Origin: Rhynchobatus australiae
Lineage: Eukaryota
Length of the DNA: 64,000 nt
Assembly (NCBI GenBank): GCA_034780895.1
Contig: JAUZTB010000098.1
Location: 82,647,555-82,711,554 of the forward strand
Reading direction: 5' to 3'
This document shows, in pieces, positions 1-11,345 of this stretch; position 1 is the stretch's first letter; every line of letters starts with the position of its first letter. The notes beneath the pieces were generated by a model, which was not told the DNA's origin, searched no databases, and saw only the letters and a program-made list of their open reading frames with translations. Both the position numbers and the translations under genes were made by a program.

Positions 1-60
1 AGCAGAATCTGGCCACGCAGTTGTGAGTGTATAGGGATTAAAGTAAGGGGCTGAGGCTAC
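1..60 (-). mobile_element. Rex1/Babar LINE reverse-transcriptase fragment at the window edge
   Basis: Reverse strand reads ~LSPLL*SLYTHNCVARFC, similar to the RT segment at 25990-26040. Confidence 0.6.
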
Positions 61-129
61 AACAGCCTTATTGATCCTATTGATTGGAACCTTTTGATAT
101 TGTCAGCTATTATTCAGAATAATAAAAGG

Positions 130-450
130 GATTATTTTTATTTAGTGCTGTTTAAGATCTCAGAATATCCTGGAGCTCTTTGCAACAAGAGAAGTACTTT
201 GGAAGTGTAGTCACTATTACAATGTAATATACATGACAGACAATTTTTGCACATACAGAATCTCAGATATCAGCATGGTAATGCTTGGATCACCTGGGTT
301 TTTGGTGAAGTTCATTAATAGATAAAGCTTAGGCTTGGCACATGTAAATGTCCCGGGAGCTTCTTTGAAGCAGTGCCTTGGGCATGCAATTGAAAGTCAT
401 TCTTCTGACTTTGCAGCACTCCCTCTGAACTGAACAGAGACTCTCACTTA
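130..450 (-). mobile_element. Deu-domain SINE (SacSINE1/AmnSINE1-like), decayed
   Basis: Shares the gaagtgtagtcact..aatgta and gcagcactccctc motifs with copies at 30060, 41590, 57650 and 62720. Confidence 0.6.
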
Positions 451-2269
451 GGATTCCTTGGCGTACTTAAGAACTAAGGAATAACATACATATGCCCTAG
501 AGGATGTTTTTGCTGTTAGGATAACAACACAATGCTGAGCAGTGCACAACGAGTTATAACAGTTCATAGGGCCAAATAAAACCTAGAAACACTGGATTTT
601 TAGATTGACTTCCTAAAATTAGGTATCCTATTCCTCATATACCTGTCTTCTTTCTGCAGATCTTTCAATTTGACCAATTAACATAATGGTGTCGCATTTA
701 ACAGAGTTGAGTTTCTGCTTCCAGAGCTGCAGCTCATCTGCTACTGATGCCCTCGGCCATGCCCCTGTTAATTGCAGTCTTGACTCTTCCAACAAATTAT
801 TTTCCTGCCTCTCTCATTCTTCCCTCTTTACATGCGATCACCCAAAACTCTGTTACTCATGCCCCAACTCACTTAATGTGCTCATCATACATCACCCCGC
901 TGCTTGCTGACCTATTCAAGTTCCCAGTTAAGCAATGAGTCCAGCCTTGTAAGCTTCCAGGTTCTTCTGCAGTAGTCATGGGTTTTATAGGCTGCCAAAA
1001 TCTCTATTGCACTTCATTCAATAAGGAAGAATATTTTTGATGGTTTTCCATCAGGGAGGCAGCGAGACCTGGAGCTGAAGGTTCAGTCGGGAAGACAGAG
1101 GGAGACAGCAAAAGATCTTGGTTGGAATGTTTGCAGGTCCAGCTTCATGGTGTTGGCAGAGAGAGAGCNNNNNNNNNNNNNNNNAGAGGGTACTATCAGT
1201 TTCCTTCCCTTATAATATTAAGTGTTATTCACTTCAACATTATTTTAACTGCATATTCTGGACCAAAAAATGTAAAGTTTTCCCCTCATTGATATTATTT
1301 TCCAGTTTTACCCAACCACGTATCTCCAAGCTTTGCTTTCATTTAATGGAACCATTGATAGTGGAATTTACAGTCAGTTTTGATTTGTGATACTCCACTG
1401 TCTTCATTTGATCTCCCTACTGTTGAGAAATCTTGTCAAACTCAGTACTTTCCATCCCATTCCCCAGTCTCTCTTGTGCCGATATTACTTCCCAAAGTAC
1501 ATATGTGAAAAAATTGGGCTATTTTCCATGCTTTTAGCCATGATGTCCATATCCTACAAAATTAATTGTGCCAAATAGTAAATNNNNNNNNNNGTTCAAT
1601 TTGTTAATAGGGTATCATTTTCCTAATTCTTGGGATTTATAACATAATGTATCACAGTGTTGAACACTCTGTTTCTTCACTGCTAATGGTTGTCTAATAG
1701 GTTGAATTGAGTGTGTTCTTCAAAGTGAGGAGTCATCACCCTGGCGGAGAAACATTGCACAAGAGATAACCCTTCTCTCTGATTAAAGACAAATATGGGA
1801 CACTAATATTTGATTCATCAACTGTCACAAAGTGTAAAGTGTTCCCTCCTTTACAGCTGTCACATTTCACGTTCATAAGCATATACTGAGATAAGAAACA
1901 ATAAACATCTGTAATGTCAGGATAAATAATAGCTGCATCCATCTTTCTCAATCAGCCTGGAATGAATTTCCGCGTATTTAATTAGCAGGATTGTATCATT
2001 TCATTTGCCACAGTGAATGATCTGTGCCTTGGCACTGAACACAGCTGGATTATCTGGAGGTTTGGGGCTGTCCGTGTCATTTTTCTTGCTCTGCAGCTGT
2101 GTAGTCAGTCTTCTCCTTTGACTTTCAATCAAATGGATGATCATTTTGTTTACATGTCTGACCCACAAAGATCACCAATCCTAACCGAGTGTAATATTGT
2201 GCAGGGCTGATTACCATGTTGTGCTCGTTTCAAGCAGAGGTGGCTCTTAGCGTGTGAAAAACTTGAATC

Positions 2270-2495
2270 ACTAGAGTTCAACAACACTATAACCATTTTG
2301 ATCACTTTGCACTGAAATGGACTTTTTTTGGTCTAATTGTGTTCTTTCTTCTAAAAGTTGTGTTTAATTTGTTTTTCTTGTGAATGCTGCTTGTATGATG
2401 CTATGTTCCTGTGATGCTGCTGCAAGTAAGTTTTTCATTGCACCTGTGCGTATGTGTACTTGTGCATATGACAATAAACTCAACTTTGAGTTTGA
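2270..2495 (+). mobile_element. Rex1/Babar-type 3' tail fragment
   Basis: Ends cattgcacctgtgc..tgtgcatatgacaataaactcaactttgagtttga; a near-identical tail lies at 45950-46012. Confidence 0.55.
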
Positions 2496-2974
2496 TATCT
2501 GCACTGAAGAACAGTTCACCAAATTGGCCAAGTAACAATTTCTCATTTACCTGGAATCATTTCTTATGTTTTCTTGATAAAGAGCCTTTTTATTAATGAA
2601 AAATTAATTGCACACGTCCACTGTTGTTCAAGAGTTTCTGTTTTATATTGTCAGTTGTTGGAAAGGTCATTATTTCAGGAAATCCTGCAGTTCTATATCA
2701 AAACTACACCTGAAAGAGGGATTTATAAAATGAAAGTTTCCAATTTTGCAATCTCTGTTACCTCTGTACAGGGTCTTAAGTTTTAAAAATCCCACAATAA
2801 GTTGAATGGCAATGCATTCCCAGATTTGTGGCACCGAAGCTGCTATCCATCAAGACTTTTCCCAAAGTTTCTTGATATATTACATAAGCAATCATTTGAT
2901 GTTCAAATCAATCCAAATAGATTCTGTTTAGACCACCTGTAAATCTATTTAATCCACTATAAATAGTTCTCACT

Positions 2975-3320
2975 CATTTCTCAGACGTGGACATCGCTGG
3001 CAAAGTGCATTCCTAATAGATGATGGTGAGCTGCTTTCAACTGCTGCAGGCTTCTTAGAAAGTTCCAGGATTTAGATCGAGCGATGCTAAAGAATTGGCA
3101 ATATGTTTCCAATTCAGGGTGGTGTGTGACTTGCAAACACCTGCAGATGTGGTGTCCCAGGCATTTGCTACCCCTGTCCTTTTCACTGCTCAAGATTTGG
3201 GAGGTACTGTCAGAGTAAACTGAGTAATTGCAGTGTATTTTACAGTCACAACATACCTGTGATGGAGGGACTGAATGTTTAGGCTGATGGATGGGATATT
3301 CTAACTTGTCATAATGTGAT
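2975..3320 (-). mobile_element. Non-LTR retrotransposon (CR1/jockey-group, called family B here), 3' fragment
   Basis: Homologous to 8675-9660, 19640-19890 and 61130-61890 (gagttccaggatttagatccagc, cctgcagatgtggtgtcc motifs). Confidence 0.6.
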
Positions 3321-3944
3321 CTAACTTGCACTATTGGACAAATAATGCTTAAAACATGGTGGAAAAGGAGTACCTAAATAACAACTTGAAGTCAGCCATG
3401 ACTTATTTGGCTAATCAGAAGGTTGTGGATTAAAGCTTTTGCTCTGAACATTTGAGAAGGAAATCAAATGTTCCTCCTTAAACTGTGGTGCTGAAGATGC
3501 CTATTTTTCCAATGATATGTTAAACCTGCTCTATTGTTAGTTAATATTGAGCATTATTATGCTCAACATTTCCTTTGCACCGCACTGTCAGTTATCTTCA
3601 GCAACTCATCTGTTGTTTTCCATTACTGGCCTAGGGAAATCATCTAACTTCTAGCTAACAAGTTGCACATAGTTATATTGTCATTGCACTTTATGTGCCT
3701 CTAATTAATGTCCAATTTAGCAGTAGGATTATGCTGATTTATCTCCGTTTAAAACTATACAGCAATTAGCACAATAATCTCTGAATGGTGTTTGAACAAA
3801 CTGGGGAAACAAGACCACTAATCCTATAAAGAAATACTTGCATTTAGATCACATTTCTCATCACCTCGGGTTGCCCTTTGCATTCAACATAATCTTTTAA
3901 CAAGTAGTCACTCTTATAGAAAAAACAGCAATGCTGCAAAGTGC

Positions 3945-6150
3945 TGAACACTTTGGAACATCAGAACACCAAGCTATGCTCCTCCTCCCTATGTACAAAC
4001 AGAAACTGAAATGTGAGGATCCAGCACAGTAAGTCATTCAGTGCTGGTGTGACGAAATCAATGAGCTTCCGTGTGACTGCTTTGAGTCAATAGACTGGTC
4101 CATATTCAAAGACTCAGCAGCCAACCTAGATGAATATATTACTACCATCATGAACTTTATCAGCAAGTGTGTACAGGATTGTGTACCAAAGGGGGTCAAT
4201 CCAGGTGTTCCCAAACCAGAAACTATGGATGAACCAGGAGATCCACTCTACTGAAATCCAGGACTGTAAGGTTCAAATCAGTTAATCCTGACTTAAATAA
4301 GAAATTGAGATACGACCTTTGCAAAGCTCTCAGGGATGCCAAGAGACAATGCCATTCCAAAGTTGAGGCCTAGACCAGTGTGTCAGTTACAACAGGGCTT
4401 ATGTGCTATAACGGGCTATGAAACGAATTCAGGCAGCATTGCTGACAACATTGCATCCCTTCCTGATGAGCTTCATGCATTCTATGCATATTTTGAACAG
4501 GAGAATGGAATGTCAGCACCTGCTCTGTCAGCGTTCAGTGCACCTGAACCCACAGTAACTGTTGCAGATGTCAGTTTCTGCAGTGAACCTACAGAAAGCA
4601 TCTGGCTCAGATGGTGTCCTCAGATCCTATGCAGATCAGCTGGTGGGGGTATTTACAGACATTTTTAGCCTCTTCCTACTTCAATCTGAGGTCCCCACCT
4701 GCTTTAAGAAGACCACTGTCATCTCAGTACCTAAGAAAAATAAAGTAATGTGCCTTAATAACTACTGCCTGGTAGCTCTGACATGCACAATCATGAAGTG
4801 CTTCAAGGGGCTGGTCGGGGCGCACACCAACTCCAACCTTCCANNNNNNNNNNNNNNNNNNNNNNNNNNNNNNNNNNNNNNNNNNNNNNNNNNNNNNNNN
4901 NNNNNNNNNNNNNNNNNNNNNNNNNNNNNNNNNNNNNNNNNNNNNNNNNNNNNNNNNNNNNNNNNNNNNNNNNNNNNNNNNNNNNNNNNNNNNNNNNNNN
5001 NNNNNNNNNNNNNNNNNNNNNNNNNNNNNNNNNNNNNNNNNNNNNNNNNNNNNNNNNNNNNNNNNNNNNNNNNNNNNNNNNNNNNNNNNNNNNNNNNNNN
5101 NNNNNNNNNNNNNNNNNNNNNNNNNNNNNNNNNNNNNNNNNNNNNNNNNNNNNNNNNNNNNNNNNNNNNNNNNNNNNNNNNNNNNNNNNNNNNNNNNNNN
5201 NNNNNNNNNNNNNNNNNNNNNNNNNNNNNNNNNNNNNNNNNNNNNNNNNNNNNNNNNNNNNNNNNNNNNNNNNNNNNNNNNNNNNNNNNNNNNNNNNNNN
5301 NNNNNNNNNNNNNNNNNNNNNNNNNNNNNNNNNNNNNNNNNNNNNNNNNNNNNNNNNNNNNNNNNNNNNNNNNNNNNNNNNNNNNNNNNNNNNNNNNNNN
5401 NNNNNNNNNNNNNNNNNNNNNNNNNNNNNNNNNNNNNNNNNNNNNNNNNNNNNNNNNNNNNNNNNNNNNNNNNNNNNNNNNAACCACATAGACGCCACAG
5501 CTAAAATAGTGCACCAACCAGCACCTCTACTTCCTCAGGAGGCTAAAGGAATTTTGCATGTCCCCTTTGACACTCATCAATTTTTATCAATGCACCATAG
5601 AAAGCATCCTATCCGGTTGCATCACGTCTTGGTGTGACAACTGCTCTGCCCAGGACCACAATGAACTGCAGAATGTTGTGGACACAGCTCAGTACATCAC
5701 AGAAACTAGCCTCCCCACCATGGATTCTGTCTACACTTCTCACTGCCTCAGTAAAGCAGCCAACATAATCAAAAACCTCACCGATCCCAGACTTTTCCCC
5801 TATCTCTTTTCCCCTATCCCATCAAACAGAAGATACTAAAGCCTGAAAGCATGTGCTACCAGGCTCAAGGACAGCTTCTATCCTGCTGGGTTATAAGACA
5901 ATTGAACAGTCCCCTTGTATGATAAGTTAGACTTTTGACCTCACAATCTACCTCATTATAGCCTTGCACCTCATTGTCTGCCTTCACTGCACTTTCTCAA
6001 TGATCGTAACACCATTCTGCATTCTGTCATTGTTTTCCTGTGGACAACCTCAATGCACTGTTGTAATGAAATGATCTGTATGGATGACATACATAGCAAA
6101 GTTTTTCACTGTACATTGGTACATGTGACAATAAAAAACCTATTTACCAA
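3945..6150 (+). mobile_element. Rex1/Babar LINE, 5'-truncated and decayed (RT spanning a gap, DUF1891-like C-terminus, 3' UTR)
   Basis: ADQLVGVFTDIFSLFLLQSEVPTCFKKTT..VPKKNKVMCLNNYCLVALTCTIMKCF and LINFYQCTIESILSGCITSW. Frameshifts present. Tail ends gtgacaataaaaaacc. Confidence 0.88.
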
Positions 6151-6450
6151 TCTGCATTTATCAAACAGCAGTGATATAAGTGATCAGGTAATCAGTTTCT
6201 ACTGANNNNNNNNNNAGCCTGAACATCAGACAAATGCACTGCCCTTCAGATAATTCCACATGACTCTCACTCCCATTTGAGAGAATGGATGTGGCCTTGG
6301 TTTAACATCTTTTTCCTAAAGCACTCATTCAGCACTGCATTGAAGAGTCAGTGTGGATTATGCACACAGTTCTCTGATGTGGATCTTGAACACAATTGAT
6401 GCAGAGGCGAGAAGAATGTCACCGGTTGAACCACAAATGACACTTAGAAG
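6150..6450 (-). mobile_element. Deu-domain SINE 5' half; its tail is at ~3830-3940, separated by the Rex1 insertion
   Basis: ggccttggtttaacatct, cagcactgcattgaagagtcagtgtggattatg; colinear with the intact copy at 62720-63180. Confidence 0.6.
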
Positions 6451-6729
6451 ACACTATGTGCATTGTGCACATTAAGCAACTTGTGTGTTTCCTTGGTATC
6501 ACCAGAAGCTGTCAAGCTAGGTTATAACCCATTGTATTATAGAGGATGCATATCATTTTAAGAATGTGGAAACCTTAGAAGATTGATCATTTTTAACATA
6601 TCAATGAACAAGTTATTGATAATTATACATGGCATAGAAAGAGACACTTCTGTTTTGGCTGCAAATCAGATTTGCCAAAAAGAACAGTAGTAGTTAGGCA
6701 GGTGCAACATATCAACTGTAAATACCTGT

Positions 6730-7190
6730 GATGTATAACAAAGAATTTTTTAGTCTTTTGACTGGGCACAAGGCAGCCTTCTGGAGTCAACATGCTTAGT
6801 TCAGCAATTTCCAATAATGGGCATTTCTCCCACTTTTATCCCAGATTTCCAGCATGCTTTCCACATTCCTTCAGTATTTTCAGGTCTGCATTCTTCTGCA
6901 TTTTAACCTCCACTCAGCTTTTGTTATCTTCTTGTCATCACCATTTATGCCATTTCATCTCTCCTGCCTTTCACCCTATCACAGACCTTGCCTTTTGTTC
7001 TCTCCCTGCTTCCCCTCCCACCACCCCTACGCATCTTAAAACCTGTGCATCCCTGATTATTTCTGGTTCTGATAAAGTCTACTATGATTGACCTGAGGCA
7101 TTCTGTTTCTCTCACTGCAGAAACTGTCTGACTTGCAGAATGTTCCCAGAGCTAAGTTATTTTAAATTTCCACCATTCATAAAATTTTGT
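6730..7190 (+). mobile_element. Penelope-like element 3' relic
   Basis: ttttgactgggcacaaggcagccttctggagtcaac resembles the FRLGTLQPSGLN end of the GIY-YIG region. It is followed by a pyrimidine-rich UTR and the ctgat.aag..gacctga..tctgtttctctc terminal motif. Confidence 0.55.
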
Positions 7191-7409
7191 TTTCTCCATA
7201 GAATTTTGGAAATTGTGTTAAATTGACACATGTGCTCTGTTAATCAATGTATAGACTACAGATATCAAGGAGGTACAGAGTAGTTCTCGTATGGAGTGAA
7301 TCAAAGCTGCTTCAAATTAGACTTCTATAGGCGTCCTCAATCTATCTTGGCTGCAATAACATTGGCTAAGCTACAGTACTAGGCCAAAAAGAATATTTGG
7401 TAAATGAAA

Positions 7410-7550
7410 ATAAAAAAAACCTCTTGATACAGAAAATTGGAAATAAAAATAGAAAATTGCCAAAAACATTCAGCAGATCAGGCAAAATCAATGGAAAGAG
7501 AAACAGGGATAATGTTTCAAGTCAGTAATCTTTGGGCAGAACTGGGAAAG
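7410..7550 (-). mobile_element. Penelope-like terminal repeat fragment
   Basis: aaatagaaaattgccaaaaacattcagcagatcaggcaaaatcaatggaaagagaaacag. Similar fragments at ~1080-1200, 19550-19630, 28530-28670 and 49370-49490. Confidence 0.5.
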
Positions 7551-8674
7551 ACCATTCATTAAACACTTAAGTTTAAAGCAACAGTTACCATTTTGCAACC
7601 AGTATTACATAAAATACTGCTGGCAACAGTACTTCCTGCACTACAACATTATTCACAAATACGATCGCTATACATTTTCTTGTATTAAGATTTTATATAC
7701 TGCACTCAGTAGCAAATGTTAAAATAAAATTGAGAGAAAGAATCCAAGTTTGTAATCTGAAGTGATGTTGCCTACATTGCTGAATAGTGCTAAGTAAATC
7801 TTGTGCCATATGAACAATTGTGTCAACTCCAACCATAGCTCAGGCATCTCACTTCTCCAGAGATAAACAGGGGTCCTTCTTGGACACCTTCTGTTGGTTA
7901 AATATAGAATAGCAATAATAATGGTTTTGGAGGCTTTTGCCTGCTGAAGGCCAAAAAGATAATATTAGGCAAGGAGTCCAGAAGAGAGGCTGAGCAGTTT
8001 CTTTCACAGTCAAATAGAATTAAATACAAAGACTTGCTGTGTCATTTGTAATTTGGTTTAATGTAGCTATATAGTATAANNNNNNNNNNNNNNNNNNNNN
8101 NNNNNNNNNNNNNNNNNNNNNNNNNNNNNNNNNNNNNNNNNNNNNNNNNNNNNNNNNNNNNNNNNNNNNNNNNNNNNNNNNNNNNNNNNNNNNNNNNNNN
8201 NNNNNNNNNNNNNNNNNNNNNNNNNNNNNNNNNNNNNNNNNNNNNNNNNNNNNNNNNNNNNNNNNNNNNNNNNNNNNNNNNNNNNNNNNNNNNNNNNNNN
8301 NNNNNNNNNNNNNNNNNNNNNNNNNNNNNNNNNNNNNNNNNNNNNNNNNNNNNNNNNNNNNNNNNNNNNNNNNNNNNNNNNNNNNNNNNNNNNNNNNNNN
8401 NNNNNNNNNNNNNNNNNNNNNNNNNNNNNNNNNNNNNNNNNNNNNNNNNNNNNNNNNNNNNNNNNNNNNNNNNNNNNNNNNNNNNNNNNNNNNNNNNNNN
8501 NNNNNNNNNNNNNNNNNNNNNNNNNNNNNNNNNNNNNNNNNNNNNNNNNNNNNNNNNNNNNNNNNNNNNNNNNNNNNNNNNNNNNNNNNNNNNNNNNNNN
8601 NNNNNNNNNNNNNNNNNNNNNNNNNNNNNNNNNNNNNNNNNNNNNNNNNNNNNNNNNNNNNNNNNNNNNNNNNN

Positions 8675-9660
8675 ATTGGTGCCATTGGATAGCAAGTTCC
8701 AGGACTTAGACCCAGCAATAATGAACAGAGGATGTATTTCCATACAGTAGAGTATGCAACTTGGAGGAAAATCTGAATGCAGTGGTGTTTCCTTGACCCT
8801 GCTGTCCTTGCCCTTCTTGGTGGTGAAGGTTGCAGATGTGGGAGGTGCAGTGGGAACCTGGGTGAGCAACTACAGTGCTTTTTGTAGATAGAGTACACTG
8901 CAACCAATGTCCACTGATGGTGGAAGGGATTCATGTTTAGAGTAGTTGATAAAGTGCCAATTAAGTGGGCTGTTTTACCCTGTTTGGTGTTGAACTTCTT
9001 AAATGTTGTTTCAGCTACACTCCCCCAGACAAGTATAAAGTACTCTGTTACGCTCCTGATTTGTTTCTTGTAGATGGTGGAATGGCCTTGGAATGTCAGG
9101 AGGAGAATCAGTTGCCACAGGATCCCTAGCCACTGACTTGCTCTTGTGACCAGCATATTTATGTGCTGGTCCAGCTGACTTTCTGGTCAGTGATATTTCT
9201 CGTGGTTGGTGACTCAGAGATGGTAAAGCCATTGAATGTCTAAAGGCAGGTAGTTAAATTCTCTCTTGTTGAAGAAAGTCTTTGCCTTCCACTTTTGTGG
9301 CATGGATGTAACTCGTGACTTAGCAGCTTATACCTAAATGTTATCTTAGTCTTGCTGCACACTGCCAGGGCTGTTTCCATTTGCTGAGGTGTTGTGAATG
9401 GAATTGAATTGAATCATCAGCAAACATTCCCATTTTTGATCTTTTGATGGAAGGGAGGTCATTGATGAAACAGCTGAAGATGGTCAGCCCAAGGACACTG
9501 TCCCAAGGTACTCCTGCAGTGATGTCCTATAGCTGGAATAACTGAACTCTGACAACCACAAGCATCTCCCTTTGTGCAAGGTTTGATTTCAATTACTGGA
9601 ACGGTTTTCTTTTGAAGCCCATTAACTTTAGTTTTACTTGGGCTCTATGATACCTCAGCT
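8675..9660 (-). mobile_element. Non-LTR retrotransposon family B, RT C-terminal remnant
   Basis: Reverse ORF STIYKKQIRSVTEYFILVW..TTFKKFNTKQGKTAHLIG (YKAQVRSVMEY-type motif). The GVPQGSVLGP-like segment reads in reverse at ~9485-9520. Confidence 0.75.
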
Positions 9661-11034
9661 GATTATTTGCTGCCTTCTATAGGCAATTTTGACAATTAAT
9701 TTGTCCACAGCAAGGTTCTAAAACTAGTCTTCAGACAAATGGCCTGCTGACCATCTTCTGGATAACATTGATCAAGGGTCAGTTGCTGATCAGGACAGAC
9801 ACTTGGACCTTCAGTTTAAAGTCTCCAAAAGATGCAGCACCTCCTTAATTTTACAGTGCAATATCAGCCTAGATTAGGCACTTAAAACTGGCTCTGAGGT
9901 GAGGATCTTACTAGTAATTCAAATAAACAATTAAAGTTATCTTCTCTGTTCATATAAATGTTAAATTCAAAAGTACAATAAAAGTTAGGGCTGCAAGAAT
10001 ATTTCTTATAACATGATCTTTTCTGAACTCATTTACCCAAAGCATCTTTTGCCGAGATAAGGTATTTCATTCTGTTTGATTTTAGTTGCTCTTTGAGTTC
10101 TTTATCATGATAGACAACAGCAGACTGTTGCATGTGTTAGGAAACTGCCATAAATGGATTTGTTTTTCGTACTTGCAGAACAGATAGCATTGTCAGGCAG
10201 GACTGAAGAAGAATGAAGTAATCTGATGACCTTGAAATCTCACCTTAAAACCAAGGGTTTGAAACACTGAGTTTAGTGCTGGAGTTATCAGTGTTTTTAC
10301 AGCAAACACATTGTGGATAAGAAAATCAGTATAATAGAATACCCTGGGTTGTAACTGTACATGCTTGGAAACCTGGTTTAAAAGAAAGAAATTGTGCAAA
10401 TCTTAGCAACTGGTTTAGAAGGGTTTACAGTAGCAAGGTATGCTGATAATGATATCCAAAACAAAATCATCTTACCAAAATGAAGAGGAATGTACATTTT
10501 AGTGAGACTGCTTCCCAGGGCCTGCAAAGTCCAGCTCTGTGCTGGAGGCAGTAATGTTCTAGTCTGGGAGTATAATAATGTCTGAGCAGCTTTAAGCTTT
10601 ATGTGTGAAATGCACCATATCGTAGGAAATGTCACTGGAAAGAATTACCAGTATAAGCATTCCTAGGATTATACAGGGAAGGGCTGAGGATTTATTGCCC
10701 ATTTGCAAGGAAATAAAGCTTCAGCATGTGAGCTATTTTGTATAAAATAATTGGCAGAGATGTAATTGCCAAGTTGTGAAAGGCACTAATGTAAACTGAT
10801 TTGTTGCAGAACCTCAAAATGTCTGTTCCAGCCTCATTGTATCACCACTGAACCCACCATACCAATGCAGACTACACTGATTCAATGCTGACCTCACTGT
10901 ATCAGTCCCACCGAATGTCCCTAGATCCCACTGAATCATCCAGCACCCACAGACATTGCACAAAACACAAAAACTTCAGACTCTATTCGTACATCAAAGC
11001 AAATTAAAGGAATGGAATTAAAAAAGTGGGACTA

Positions 11035-11345
11035 GTGGAGCTCCAGCAACCCAGCTTCAATCCTGCCCTCCGGTGCTGTCTGGGTGGAGTTTGCATGTTC
11101 TCCCTGTCACTGCATGGATTTTTCCTAGCTCCTCTGGTTTCCCCCCACATCCCAAAGATGTGCAGATTGGTTTGTTAATTGGCTACTGTAAATTGCCCCT
11201 TGTGTCTAGGTGCTGGTAGAATCTGTGCAGAGTTGATGGAAACGTGGGCAGAATAAAATGCCATTCATATAGGATAGTAAATACTGTAGATGCTTGATGG
11301 TTGTTCCGTATTTGTTCAGCCATAGGACCTATTTCCATGCTGATA
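11035..11345 (+). mobile_element. V-SINE (HE1-like) with CR1-type tail
   Basis: V-domain gtggagtttgcatgttctccctgt..gtttccccccacatcccaaagatgtgc..ttaattggctactgtaaattgcccct. Confidence 0.8.

Noticed and set aside
4562-5637. Long ORFs of 200-380 aa in the ORF track (also 8020-9156 and 31037-31913)
   Set aside because: Their length comes from translation through N gaps; the real residues are LINE fragments.
10222-10275. CTGATGA-cctt-GAAA hammerhead or C/D-box-like motif
   Set aside because: No stem II, no convincing stems I/III and no terminal stem.
10830-10965. Loose cactga/ccac repeats
   Set aside because: No stable period; decayed low-complexity sequence.
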